Of a stretch of DNA of 64,000 nt, positions 50,195 to 59,932 are shown piece after piece. The position numbers were made by a program, and so were the translations under genes. Source of the DNA: Alphaproteobacteria bacterium (lineage in GTDB: Bacteria; Pseudomonadota; Alphaproteobacteria; Rs-D84; SZUA-605); NCBI GenBank assembly GCA_031549385.1, contig JAVBPW010000001.1, positions 288,001 to 352,000 on the forward strand. The letters run 5' to 3'. Under the pieces are notes generated by a model. It saw nothing but the letters and a program-made list of their open reading frames with translations, was not told where the DNA came from and did not search any database. Position 1 is the first letter of the stretch. Each line of letters begins with the position of its first letter.

Positions 50195-50715
50195 TTTTAT
50201 TTTCTTGTTTGATTCTTCCTTTTTCAGCCTATGCTGAAATAAAGTATCCTGAATTGTATGGTGGGGAAGAATTTTTTGATTTTAAAGCAAGTGCGCCACG
50301 TGAATTAAAACCTTATTCATTTGTTCAATTTATTGATGATGGAGAGGTTTTACAAAAAGAAAAAAAGGTTTCAGATAATTCTGAGAAAACTAAAATAGAA
50401 ACTCCTAAAGAAATTGAATATTGTCGTGACTTTATTTTTGAAGGAGCAAATGTTAATGAAAAATCAGCTAGTGCTATTGATGATGTCAGAGTTAGATTAA
50501 AACCTAATCAAAAAATAAATGTTAATGTTTATTATAAAAAAGATGTAGATTTGAACGAAAGAGAATATAGACGTAATGCAGTTAAACGTTCAGTTACTAT
50601 TCAAAATTATTTAGGAAGTAAGGGGACTGATCCTGCAAAGGTTTCTGTTCAATTGATTTCTACTGAAGATTTGCAAAAAGTTAATTTAGTTAATATATGT
50701 TCTAAAAATATATAA
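50179..50715 (+). CDS. Exported protein with degenerate OmpA-like domain
   Basis: Signal peptide AYA|; NAVKRSVTIQNYLGSKGTDPAKV. Confidence 0.6.
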   Translation: MFKKVVLFSCLILPFSAYAEIKYPELYGGEEFFDFKASAPRELKPYSFVQFIDDGEVLQKEKKVSDNSEKTKIETPKEIEYCRDFIFEGANVNEKSASAIDDVRVRLKPNQKINVNVYYKKDVDLNEREYRRNAVKRSVTIQNYLGSKGTDPAKVSVQLISTEDLQKVNLVNICSKNI

Positions 50716-50751
50716 ATAAGAGTTTTTTAAATTTTAAATTTACGTAAACCA

Positions 50752-50898
50752 ATGAAAATAGTTAAAGAAGTGATTAGCCAAAAATTGGTTAATGGAGAAT
50801 GGATTTGTGAAGTTGTTTTTGTTAGCGGTGAAACACGCACTGTTAAATCACAAAACAAACTTTCAGTTGGAGATGAAATTCGTCCCAAATATGTCTAA
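50752..50898 (+). CDS. Small hypothetical protein (48 aa)
   Basis: Hand translation MKIVKEVISQKLVNGEWICEVVFVSGETRTVKSQNKLSVGDEIRPKYV; stop abuts a terminator. Confidence 0.55.
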   Translation: MKIVKEVISQKLVNGEWICEVVFVSGETRTVKSQNKLSVGDEIRPKYV

Positions 50899-50927
50899 AA
50901 AAGAAAGGCCTTTATTGGCCTTTTTTT
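50897..50927. terminator. Bidirectional terminator
   Basis: aaaggcc-tttatt-ggccttttttt. Confidence 0.75.
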
Positions 50928-51810
50928 ATTTTACTTCTTTTTTGGGTTTTCTTAGTTTGATATTTTTTACTCGTGTTTTGCAATCAGTAAATATGCAAAT
51001 TACTTTTTCTATATGTAATCTTTGATATAATATTTCTCTGAATTCATGGAAATTAGTGTCTTTTAATTTATATGCTATCCATAACGAACCTAATAATAAA
51101 CTAGGAGTTGATGCGAGTAATAAACCAACCATTATGAATTGTGTTCCAAATAATAATTCAACTTTTGAATAGATTATGTCGCGAGTTGATTCAAGGGCAA
51201 ATACATATAAAACTACCATAAATAATAAGCATGATAGGAAGATTAAAAATAAGGCAGGAACTGATTCAGTAAACATTAAAAAGATTAATGCGGCGGCTGC
51301 TATTAACATAGATGAATATAATAAATAGACTTCACCACTTAAAATCTTTTTTCTTGCAGGAAGCCATTTTTTATCTCTGAAATAACTGAATGTATAACAG
51401 CAAAAACATGCCCCACTTATTGATACAAAAATACTTAATAAAAGAAGAGAGAAAAAGGTTAAATTACCGGCATTTCCCTGTAAAAAGTTTTCTGGTTGCA
51501 TCATTATTAAAAAGCCTGCTATTAAGCATGTTAGGGATATAAATATCTTTAGAGCTTTGCTGCCAATAGTGCTTCCTTTTTTGCTTATGTATTTTGCTGC
51601 AAAGAATGCGACCAATCCTGTTACTGTATATATGGCAAAATTAATCCAAGTTTCAGAGCCTAATAAAAATCCAGCAAATAAACAACCTAATGAAAGATGC
51701 AAAAATGGATATGTGTTTGTTTCAACTTTTCTTGACTGACGATAAAAGAAAATTGCTATAAAAACAAAGCTTGAAAATAATGCAATTTGTGAGAATAATT
51801 TTAAAATCAT
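50926..51810 (-). CDS. Hypothetical polytopic membrane protein
   Basis: About 8 hydrophobic helices; SD AGGAG. Confidence 0.7.
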   Translation of the reverse strand: MILKLFSQIALFSSFVFIAIFFYRQSRKVETNTYPFLHLSLGCLFAGFLLGSETWINFAIYTVTGLVAFFAAKYISKKGSTIGSKALKIFISLTCLIAGFLIMMQPENFLQGNAGNLTFFSLLLLSIFVSISGACFCCYTFSYFRDKKWLPARKKILSGEVYLLYSSMLIAAAALIFLMFTESVPALFLIFLSCLLFMVVLYVFALESTRDIIYSKVELLFGTQFIMVGLLLASTPSLLLGSLWIAYKLKDTNFHEFREILYQRLHIEKVICIFTDCKTRVKNIKLRKPKKEVK

Positions 51811-51822
51811 AACTGATAGCTC

Positions 51823-52146
51823 CTATTTCTTTTCTTTAGCTTTTTTCTTTTTAAATTCAAAATAACAATAAAACATTAATAATGTTAAAAATGTGAATAA
51901 TATTCTTTTTGTAGTGAAAAATGTTCCATCGTGTAAAAATTTGCTTGATATTGATGAGAAGCCTAAGATACTTATTAAGCAAATAAATGATATGAAGATG
52001 AACAGGCTTTCATCCAATTCTGATTTCTTTAAAAAGTTTTTAAATACTATTACTGCGAAAAAAACAAGTACTAAACTTTGAAAAAAGAAAAATGTGTTTA
52101 GTGGGTAAAAGATTTGTAGCCCTTGTTGTAATACTAAATTATCCAT
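51823..52146 (-). CDS. Hypothetical 3-TM protein
   Basis: Hydrophobic 107 aa ORF co-transcribed with the downstream gene. Confidence 0.6.
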   Translation of the reverse strand: MDNLVLQQGLQIFYPLNTFFFFQSLVLVFFAVIVFKNFLKKSELDESLFIFISFICLISILGFSSISSKFLHDGTFFTTKRILFTFLTLLMFYCYFEFKKKKAKEKK

Positions 52147-52204
52147 GATCCTTGCACTTTGGTTTAAATTATTATAGAATTCTTACGGATAATAAAGGAA
52201 ATTT

Positions 52205-52945
52205 ATGATTTTTTCAAGACAAAAAAAAGAAGACTATGACTATATACTAGGTTCTAAAATTAAAATGATGCAGCCTAAGGATAAATACTGTATTTCTATT
52301 GATGCTGTTTTTTTAGGGGCAGCAGTTAAAGAAAATAAATCTGCAACCTTGTTGGATATTGGTTTTGGAACTGGAGCTGTTTCATTTGTTGCTTTGAATA
52401 ATAATCCAAAGTTGAAAATTACTGGACTTGAAATTCAAGATGAAATGATTGCTTTGGCTAAACAAAATATAAAACTTAACCAATTTAAGGGAATTAAAAT
52501 AGTTAAAGGGGATTTAAAACATAATCCTATTAAAGAAGATTTTGACTATGTTGTGACCAATCCGCCTTATTTTGTTGGAACGAAATCACCTAATCATATT
52601 AAAAATCTTGCGCATCAGGAATTTAATACGTCATTAAAGGAATGGTGTGAGTTTTGTTGTAAGCGAGTTAAAAATCATGGAACTTTTATTATTGTTCATA
52701 TGCCAGAAAGGCTTGCTGAAATACTCGCTGTGCTTGTTGAAAAGAAAATGGGAAAGATTGAAGTTTTTCCTTTGGCTTCTTTTGAAGGAGAGAAAGCTAA
52801 TAGAATTATTGTTAGAGCTGTTAAGGGGTCTAAAACTCCTACTACTCTTTATAGTCCTTTGGTTGTTCATCAGAAAACAAAAAAATATACAGCCGAGGCT
52901 GGTAAGATTTTAACTGGTAGTTTTTTGGAAGATTTTTTTAGTTAA
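52205..52945 (+). CDS. tRNA1(Val) adenine(37)-N6 methyltransferase (YfiC/TrmN6 family)
   Basis: IDAVFL, LDIGFGTG, TNPPYF, PERLAEI. Confidence 0.85.
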   Translation: MIFSRQKKEDYDYILGSKIKMMQPKDKYCISIDAVFLGAAVKENKSATLLDIGFGTGAVSFVALNNNPKLKITGLEIQDEMIALAKQNIKLNQFKGIKIVKGDLKHNPIKEDFDYVVTNPPYFVGTKSPNHIKNLAHQEFNTSLKEWCEFCCKRVKNHGTFIIVHMPERLAEILAVLVEKKMGKIEVFPLASFEGEKANRIIVRAVKGSKTPTTLYSPLVVHQKTKKYTAEAGKILTGSFLEDFFS

Positions 52946-52947
52946 AG

Positions 52948-53024
52948 TGGCGGGAGTGACGGGGCTCGAACCCGCGACCTCGTGCGTGACAGGCACGCGC
53001 TCTAACCAACTGAGCTACACCCCC
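52948..53024 (-). tRNA. tRNA-Asp(GTC)
   Basis: GGGGGTGTAGCTCAGTTGGTTAGAGCG-CGTGC-CT-GTC-AC-GCACG...GGTTCGAGCCC..CACTCCCGCCA. Confidence 0.97.
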
Positions 53025-53147
53025 GCGAGTAGTCTTTATACTATAGCGCAAACTAAAAAGCAACTAATTTTTGAATTTTCTTGCTTTTTTTTGTTTTATT
53101 AGTATTATACTTACTAATTAATTTTTTAGCCCTTATAGGTGATATGT

Positions 53148-54371
53148 ATGAAAATGAAAGAAAAAATCAAGAATCTTAACTATAAAATCAATTTTACTAT
53201 TGAAGCAGCCGAATTTGATAAACATTATAATGATGAATTAAATAAAATTTTGCCTTCTGTTAAAATTAAGGGTTTTCGTGAAGGTCATGTGCCAGTTGAT
53301 GTAGTTAAGCAAAAATATGATCAAGAAATTGTGAGTGGGGCTTTAGAAAATGCTATTTCTTCTGCTATCACTTCTTATTTAAAAGATAAAAAATTGCAAC
53401 CTGCACTTCGTCCTGCTGTGAAAATAGATAAATTTGAAAAAGGTAAAGATATTGAATTCGAAGCTGATTTCGATGTGCTTCCAGAAATTGCTGATGTGGA
53501 TTTTTCTAAGATTGAAATTAAAAAAGATGTTCCTGAAGTTTCACAAAAAGAAATTGAAACATCTTTACTGCAAATTGCAGAATCTCGTGCTGCTTTGAAA
53601 AGTATTGAAGAAGATAGACCTGTTAAAAAAGGTGATGTTGCAGTTATCGATTTTGAAGGTTTTGTTGATGATGTTGCTTTTGATGGTGGAAAAGGTGCGA
53701 ATCATCCATTAGAAATTGGAAGTGGTCAATTTATCCCAGGATTTGAAGAAGGATTAATTGGAAAAAAGAAAGGTGAAAATGTAGACGTTAAGGTTACTTT
53801 CCCTAAAGAATATCATTCAAAAGATTTAGCTGGTAAAAAATCTGTTTTCAAAGTTAAAATAAATGAAATTAAAGAAAAAGATGTTCCTATTATTAATGAT
53901 GAATTTGCTGTTGCATTGGGACGAAAAAGTGTTGATGATTTGAAAGGCTATATTTCTGAACTTTTAAAAGGTAAATACGAATCAGAAGCTAATGTAAAAA
54001 TGCAAGATCAAATATTGGAAACTTTAGATAAAAAAGTTAAATTCGAATTACCAGAATCTTTGGTTAATCAAGAATTACAATATGTGAAACAACAAAATAA
54101 AGACATGGCTGAAAAAGAAGCTATGTCTACAGCTTCACAAAGAGTTAAATTAGGGCTTTTAATCGGAAATATTGGTAAAAAAGCTGGTGTTGAAGTTGGT
54201 GACTATGAAATTGAAAATGTTATTAAGTCAGAAGCTCTAAGATATCCAGGTCAAGAACAAATGGTTATTGAATATTATAATAAAAATCCAATGGCTAGAG
54301 AGACTATACGTGGACAACTTTTTGAAAAAAAGACTTTTGATTATATTATGACACAAATTAAAGTAGCATAG
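53148..54371 (+). CDS. tig: Trigger factor
   Basis: KGFREGHVP, FDGGK..LEIGSGQFIPGFEE, VTFPKEYH..LAGK; SD AGGTGA. Confidence 0.96.
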   Translation: MKMKEKIKNLNYKINFTIEAAEFDKHYNDELNKILPSVKIKGFREGHVPVDVVKQKYDQEIVSGALENAISSAITSYLKDKKLQPALRPAVKIDKFEKGKDIEFEADFDVLPEIADVDFSKIEIKKDVPEVSQKEIETSLLQIAESRAALKSIEEDRPVKKGDVAVIDFEGFVDDVAFDGGKGANHPLEIGSGQFIPGFEEGLIGKKKGENVDVKVTFPKEYHSKDLAGKKSVFKVKINEIKEKDVPIINDEFAVALGRKSVDDLKGYISELLKGKYESEANVKMQDQILETLDKKVKFELPESLVNQELQYVKQQNKDMAEKEAMSTASQRVKLGLLIGNIGKKAGVEVGDYEIENVIKSEALRYPGQEQMVIEYYNKNPMARETIRGQLFEKKTFDYIMTQIKVA

Positions 54372-54375
54372 AAAT

Positions 54376-54455
54376 AAACATTTGAAAATTGGCTGCAAAG
54401 CAAAAAGAAATAAAAGTTCCCAAACAATCACGTATTTTAATATGCTCAATTTTGA
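54376..54455 (+). repeat. Degenerate/partial palindromic element, copy D
   Basis: ggctgcaaagcaaaaagaaataaaagttcccaaacaatcacgtat..aatatgctca aligns with copy B left arm and centre. Confidence 0.6.
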
Positions 54456-54522
54456 AACATTCAGTAGATAATTTTATTTTTTAAAGTTTGCTAAAAAATC
54501 ATTTTTGTGATATAATATTAGC

Positions 54523-55914
54523 ATGTTTAAGGGGTTTAAATTTTTAATATTTACTTTAGTTGCTTTTAGTTTTGCTAAAAGCTCTTTTGCGCTTGACCCA
54601 CTTCTTGCTGAAAAAAAAACACCTAAAAATCCTTATCAAAAAATAGAACAGAAAAAAGAAGATTTGGATTGTAAACTTCCTGATTTTAAAAAATCTAAAA
54701 TAAATGTTTATAAGGTTGTTAACCTTGCAATGTGCAGAAGCCCTGAATTAAAATCTTCTTGGTATGGAGTGAAACAACAAGCTGCTGCTTATGGAGCTTC
54801 AAAATCTTTATACTTTCCAACTGTTAGTATTGGGGCTAATAAAAGATATGGCGATGGAGATATGAATGATAACTGGAACTTTGGTGCGAATCTGGATTGG
54901 TTGCTTTTTGATTTTGGAAAAAGAGGACAAAATATAGATAAACAATATTTTTCTATGTTGTCTGTTGGATATCAACACAGCAGTACTGTTACAGATTTTG
55001 TTTATGATGTGATTAAATCTTATCTTAATCTTTATTCTGCTCAAGAAGCTGTTATTGCTGCTGATACTTCTTTGAAGGCTTATGAAAAAGCTTATAAGAT
55101 TGCTAAAGAAAAATATAAAGTTGGTGTTGTTCCTAAATCTGATGTTTATAATGCAGAAACACAATTTGCTCAGGCACAACTTACATACTATAAAGCAGAA
55201 AATGCTGTTTTAATTGAAAGAGGAAATTTTAATAAGTTGATGAATATTCCACAAGGTGTCGAAGTCAAATTAGAAGAACCTCAATTCTTAAAAAATGTAG
55301 ATGAAATTGAAAAAAGTATTAATGTGCTTATTGATGAAGCTGTTAAAAATCGTTCTTCTGTTGCTTCTATTATTGCTAAGGAACGTGCTTACTTAGCTCA
55401 ATATAAAGCTGCTAAGAGAGATTTTTTACCTTCTGTTTCTTTTAGTGCTTCTGCTTCAAGAGTTGAATATGATAAAAATGATATTCCTAATAATGACGGA
55501 AGCTCAATTTCTTTTAATGTAAGTATTCCTATCTTTTCTGGGTTTTCTAAAACTTATGCTGCATCACAAGCAAGATATGCTTATGAAGGAGCTCGAGCTG
55601 ATAGAGAGACTATTGAAAAAGAAGTTGCTTATGAAGTTTGGACTTCTTATCATTACTTGAAAAATTCTTCTCAAAATTATGAAGCATCACTTGCTTTAGT
55701 TAAGTCTTCTAAACAAGCTCGAGATGTGGCTTTGGGAATGTATAGAAATGGAAGAGGGGATCTTTTAAATTTATTGTTTTTAGAAGCTTCTTATAGTACA
55801 GCACTTAATGAAAGAATTACCACACAATATGAAAAAGTTTTAGCTCAAATGGCTTTGCTTAGAGCAATTGGGTATTTGAATATTCAATTTTTAGAAGAAA
55901 ATATAGGAGAATAA
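54523..55914 (+). CDS. TolC family outer-membrane efflux protein
   Basis: YFPTVS, LFDFGKR, FLPSVS, IPIFSG repeats; first gene of an efflux operon. Confidence 0.9.
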   Translation: MFKGFKFLIFTLVAFSFAKSSFALDPLLAEKKTPKNPYQKIEQKKEDLDCKLPDFKKSKINVYKVVNLAMCRSPELKSSWYGVKQQAAAYGASKSLYFPTVSIGANKRYGDGDMNDNWNFGANLDWLLFDFGKRGQNIDKQYFSMLSVGYQHSSTVTDFVYDVIKSYLNLYSAQEAVIAADTSLKAYEKAYKIAKEKYKVGVVPKSDVYNAETQFAQAQLTYYKAENAVLIERGNFNKLMNIPQGVEVKLEEPQFLKNVDEIEKSINVLIDEAVKNRSSVASIIAKERAYLAQYKAAKRDFLPSVSFSASASRVEYDKNDIPNNDGSSISFNVSIPIFSGFSKTYAASQARYAYEGARADRETIEKEVAYEVWTSYHYLKNSSQNYEASLALVKSSKQARDVALGMYRNGRGDLLNLLFLEASYSTALNERITTQYEKVLAQMALLRAIGYLNIQFLEENIGE

Positions 55915-55918
55915 TTTT

Positions 55919-57061
55919 ATGAAAATTTTTAAAAAGAAATGGTTTTGGTTTTTAGTTATTTTGATAGGAGCTGTTTTTACTTATTATGGTTTTTTTAAAA
56001 AAGATAAAAATGCAGTTTCTTTTGTGACTACTAAAGTTATTAGAGGAGATATTTCAAAACAAATTACTGCTAATGGAACTATTAATCCTGTTAACCTTAT
56101 TAAAGTTGGAACTCAGGTTAGTGGAAGAATTGAAAAAGTTTATGTGGACTTTAATGATAAAGTTAAAGAAGGACAATTGCTTGCTGAAATTGATAAGTCT
56201 GTTTTGCAATCACAACTTGATATGGCTGTGGCGAAAAAACAAAAAGCAAAAGCTGCTTTGGATTTATCTAAGTTAGAATTAAATCGTGCATCAGATTTGT
56301 TTAAAAAAGATTATATTGCTAAAGCAGAACTTGATAAAGCTCAAGTGGATTATAAAACTAATTTGGCGGAATATAATTCTGCTGATTCTGAATATAAAAG
56401 AGCAGATATTAATTTGTCTTATGCTATTATTAAATCACCTGTGAATGGTATTGTTATTTCTCGTGAAATTGATGAAGGGCAAACTGTAGCTGCTTCTTTT
56501 TCATCTCCTGATTTATTTAAAATTGCTGAAGATTTATCTAAGATGCAAATTGAAGCTTCTGTTTCTGAAGCTGATATTGGTATGATAAAACATGGGCAGG
56601 AAGTTTCTTTTACAGTGGATGCTTATGAAGGTGAAGACTTTGTTGGTATTATAGATAATATCAGATTAAACCCTGTTAGCGAATCGAATGTTGTGACATA
56701 TACAGTTATTGTAAAAATCGATAATGAAGATTTAAGACTTATTCCTGGAATGACTGCCTATCTTAATATTGTTATTAAAAAAGAAGAAAATATTTTGAAA
56801 GTTAATAATTCTGTTTTTAACTTTGTGCCTAATTCTGAAAAAGGAAATAAAAATCGTAATAAAAATATTATGTACAAATTAGTTGGAAAAGATCTTCAAC
56901 AAATCGAAGTTAAAAAAGGAATTGTTTCTGATACTGAAACTCAAATAATTTCTGACCAAGTTAAAGAGGGTGATGATATCGTTGAAGGGTATTTAGATCC
57001 TAGCCAAAAGAGTAAAAGTAACTTTGGTCCTGGTGCAGGTGGCGGAGGTGGAAGAAGATAA
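55919..57061 (+). CDS. MacA-like periplasmic adaptor
   Basis: VGTQVSGRI, IKSPVNGIVI, GQTVAASF, SEADIG, PGMTA. Confidence 0.92.
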   Translation: MKIFKKKWFWFLVILIGAVFTYYGFFKKDKNAVSFVTTKVIRGDISKQITANGTINPVNLIKVGTQVSGRIEKVYVDFNDKVKEGQLLAEIDKSVLQSQLDMAVAKKQKAKAALDLSKLELNRASDLFKKDYIAKAELDKAQVDYKTNLAEYNSADSEYKRADINLSYAIIKSPVNGIVISREIDEGQTVAASFSSPDLFKIAEDLSKMQIEASVSEADIGMIKHGQEVSFTVDAYEGEDFVGIIDNIRLNPVSESNVVTYTVIVKIDNEDLRLIPGMTAYLNIVIKKEENILKVNNSVFNFVPNSEKGNKNRNKNIMYKLVGKDLQQIEVKKGIVSDTETQIISDQVKEGDDIVEGYLDPSQKSKSNFGPGAGGGGGRR

Positions 57062-57771
57062 TGGCTAAAGATAATCCTGTTATTGAACTTTCTGGAATAA
57101 AAAAATCCTTTGTTACTGGTGTTGGAATTATACCAGTTCTTAAAGGTATTTCTTTTAAGATTTATAAAGGGGAATTTGTTGCTGTTATGGGACCTTCTGG
57201 TTCTGGAAAGTCCACTTGCATGAATATTGTTGGTTGTTTAGATAGTGCTACTTCTGGAAAATTTATTTTAGATGGAAAAGATGTTAGCGCTAAAACTTCT
57301 GATGAACTTGCTGAAATAAGAAATAAGAAATTAGGGTTTGTATTCCAAAATTTTAATTTGCTTGGAAAACGTAATCTGATAGACAATGTTTCTCTTCCTT
57401 TAGTTTATAGAGGTATTTCAAAAAGTGCTCGTGATGAAAAGGCAAAAAAACTTTTGGATAGAGTTGGACTTAAAGGATTTGAAACTTATGTGCCTAATCA
57501 ACTTTCTGGTGGTATGAAACAAAGAGTTGCTATTGCTCGTGCTTTGGTGGGAGATCCTGAAGTTATTTTGGCTGATGAGCCGACTGGAAATTTAGATTCT
57601 AAAACTTCTGAGGAAATTTTAGAGTTGTTTAAAGAACTTAATAAAAAGATGAATATTACTATTATCATGATTACTCATGAAGAAGAGTTAGCAAGAGAAA
57701 CTTCAAGAATTATTAATATTAAAGATGGGATGATTTCATATGACGGGAAAAGCAACAAGTTTAGGAAGTAA
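57061..57771 (+). CDS. MacB-type ABC transporter ATPase
   Basis: [39 protein letters not shown]. Confidence 0.93.
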   Translation: MAKDNPVIELSGIKKSFVTGVGIIPVLKGISFKIYKGEFVAVMGPSGSGKSTCMNIVGCLDSATSGKFILDGKDVSAKTSDELAEIRNKKLGFVFQNFNLLGKRNLIDNVSLPLVYRGISKSARDEKAKKLLDRVGLKGFETYVPNQLSGGMKQRVAIARALVGDPEVILADEPTGNLDSKTSEEILELFKELNKKMNITIIMITHEEELARETSRIINIKDGMISYDGKSNKFRK

Positions 57772-57790
57772 TTTTTTTCTTATTATTGAA

Positions 57791-58996
57791 ATGCTTAAAG
57801 AAGCATGGATTTCTTTAATGTCATATAAGATGAGATCTTTTTTGACTATACTTGGTATCATTATTGGTGTGGGGGCTGTTGTTATTATGATTTCTTTGGG
57901 GCAAGGGGTTTCAAAAAATATTAATGATATGTTTGCTGCTATGGGGTCTAATCTTATTATTGTGCGACCAGGATTTGCTAATACTGGGGGACGTGCAACT
58001 GCTTCTGTGGTTAATTTAACTTCTGATGACGCTGCTGCACTTGGAAGAAGTAGTATTATAAAAAAAGTTGCTTATGCTAATAGTTCCTATGCTCAACTTG
58101 TTTATAACAAAGCAAATATGAGATCAGCTGTTTATGGGATTTCAGAAAGCTATCCTGATGTTATGAATTTGGAAGTTAAAACTGGTTCTGAATTTGATAA
58201 AGATGATTATAAATATGGGGGAGCTATTGCTCTTGTTGGGGTTAATGTCGTTAAAGAACTTTTTGGTGATCCCGATGCTCATGTTGTTGGAGAAACTATT
58301 AGAATTAAAAATGTGCCTTTCTTTATTAAAGGTGTTTTAAAAGAAACTGGATCTGTTGGACCGGCTAATCCTGACGATCAAGTGCTTATTCCTTTTAAAT
58401 CTTTTTTGCAAAAAATTTCTGCGCCTAAATTTCCTAATAGTGTGAATATGATTTATATGAATGTGGTTGATGAAAAATATCTTATTTATGCTGAAACAAA
58501 AATAACTGAAATACTTCGTGAAAGACATAGACTTCGTGAAGGAACAGATGATGATTTTAGAATTATTAATATGACTCAGATGGCTAATACTATGAAAGAA
58601 ACGGCTTCTTTGTTTACTATACTTTTGGCTTCTATTGCTTCTATTTCTTTGCTTGTTGGAAGTATTGGTATTATGAATATGATGCTTGTTTCTGTTACTG
58701 AAAGAACAAAAGAAATTGGACTTAGAAAGTCGCTGGGTGCAAGAGAGAGGACTATATTACAACAATTCCTTTTTGAATCATTGTTGATTTCTTTTATGGG
58801 GAGTTTGGTTGGGTTAGTACTTGGAATAATTTTATCTTTAGTATTGGCGCAGGTTATTGATTTGGCTATGCCTATTAGTATGTTTTCTGTTGTGGCGTCT
58901 GTGGTGGTTTCTATTATTGTGGGAATTGCATCTGGACTTTATCCTGCGATGAAAGCTTCTCGATTGAATCCTATTGATGCTTTGAGATATGAATAA
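57791..58996 (+). CDS. MacB-type ABC transporter permease
   Basis: RSFLTILGIIIGV, GIMNMMLVSVTERTKEIG, LNPIDALRYE; alternative start 57740. Confidence 0.92.
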   Translation: MLKEAWISLMSYKMRSFLTILGIIIGVGAVVIMISLGQGVSKNINDMFAAMGSNLIIVRPGFANTGGRATASVVNLTSDDAAALGRSSIIKKVAYANSSYAQLVYNKANMRSAVYGISESYPDVMNLEVKTGSEFDKDDYKYGGAIALVGVNVVKELFGDPDAHVVGETIRIKNVPFFIKGVLKETGSVGPANPDDQVLIPFKSFLQKISAPKFPNSVNMIYMNVVDEKYLIYAETKITEILRERHRLREGTDDDFRIINMTQMANTMKETASLFTILLASIASISLLVGSIGIMNMMLVSVTERTKEIGLRKSLGARERTILQQFLFESLLISFMGSLVGLVLGIILSLVLAQVIDLAMPISMFSVVASVVVSIIVGIASGLYPAMKASRLNPIDALRYE

Positions 58997-58997
58997 T

Positions 58998-59026
58998 AAA
59001 AAAGATTGAAGTTTCCTTCAATCTTT
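58998..59026. terminator. Bidirectional terminator
   Basis: aaagattgaag-tttc-cttcaatcttt. Confidence 0.65.
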
Positions 59027-59506
59027 CTTTTCTTCGATTTTTGGCTGTGGTTTGCGTAAAGGGCAATAGCCACATGCTTCTTTGATAATACTTTTGAAAT
59101 CGAAATCTTTTTGTTTATAATTTCGATAGTGTCGTGTTCCGTCTTCTGGATGGCCATGTATTACTTGATTGTAATGCCGGCAAGTTACATATTTACTGCA
59201 GATAAAACTGTCCATAAACCAAGTGTTTTCACATATGAAATTTTCTTCCTTATATGGGTTTTGGCAGTAATATTGGCTCTTTACAGATTCATCCAGGTTT
59301 GCACATTTTAAGCAAACTTCGGCTTTATCTTCTTTTCCTACTACAGAAGCTCTTATGAAGCCGACTTCTACTTTGGATCCGCTAATGTTACAGAATATGT
59401 CCGTTATGCCACGACTGTCTTCATCAGCACCATAATAATCGCTGTGACTTAGGTGCTCGCCAATTTTCATACACTTTGGCTTTTGTGTTTCAACGGGATT
59501 TTCCAT
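59018..59506 (-). CDS. Cys-rich hypothetical protein
   Basis: 162 aa, about ten Cys including CLKC and CGYCP. Confidence 0.6.
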   Translation of the reverse strand: MENPVETQKPKCMKIGEHLSHSDYYGADEDSRGITDIFCNISGSKVEVGFIRASVVGKEDKAEVCLKCANLDESVKSQYYCQNPYKEENFICENTWFMDSFICSKYVTCRHYNQVIHGHPEDGTRHYRNYKQKDFDFKSIIKEACGYCPLRKPQPKIEEKKD

Positions 59507-59596
59507 TTTAATATGATTTATGTTTAGATATTTTTGTATTTTAAGAACTATAAGTTAGTTTGGGATATAAATTAAAAATTGTCAAGATAATATTTA

Positions 59597-59625
59597 TAGA
59601 CATAGATTTTGTATTGTAGTATAAT
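59597..59625 (+). promoter_or_regulatory. Sigma70-type promoter with no downstream CDS
   Basis: TAGACA-17-TATAAT. Confidence 0.65.
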
Positions 59626-59631
59626 TTACTT

Positions 59632-59692
59632 ATCAGATTTTTAAGGATTAAACACATATTCACACACACTCAGGAGCTTCGGCTCCTTTTTT
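59632..59692 (+). ncRNA. Candidate small RNA 1 (CA-rich body, UUCG terminator)
   Basis: Promoter, then aacacatattcacacacac, then AGGAGC-TTCG-GCTCCT-TTTTT. Confidence 0.5.
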
Positions 59693-59773
59693 ATTTGATT
59701 TATTCAAATATATGTCCTATATATAGAATATGTTATACATGATAAAAAATAAATGATTAAGGTTAAAAAGTTT

Positions 59774-59798
59774 AGGGCTCAACGATGAGCCCTTTTTT
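59774..59798 (+). terminator. Intrinsic terminator of candidate sRNA 2
   Basis: AGGGCTCA-ACGA-TGAGCCCT-TTTTT. Confidence 0.7.
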
Positions 59799-59864
59799 AT
59801 TCGACATTATGTTTTAAGTTTATATTTGGTATTTGTGTTTGTAAGCATTAAAATTTTGTTGTGT

Positions 59865-59890
59865 TAGGGAGTCTTTGAGCCCCTATTTTT
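59865..59890 (+). terminator. Imperfect terminator of candidate sRNA 3
   Basis: TAGGGAGTC-TTT-GAGCCCCTA-TTTTT. Confidence 0.45.
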
Positions 59891-59904
59891 ATAGAAAATA
59901 GATT

Positions 59905-59928
59905 AAAAAAATACCAAAAGGTATTTTT
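59905..59928 (-). terminator. Terminator downstream of tRNA-Gln
   Basis: aaaaaaatacc-aaaa-ggtattttt. Confidence 0.55.
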
Positions 59929-59932
59929 GTAA

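Noticed and set aside
50792-51025. 77-aa ORF
   Set aside because: Crosses a terminator and overlaps a minus-strand gene; the alternative frame 50752-50898 fits better
59597-59890. CRISPR array or integron attC array
   Set aside because: Hairpins are not identical repeats, look like U-tailed terminators, lack RYYYAAC/GTTRRRY boxes, and there is no cas or intI nearby
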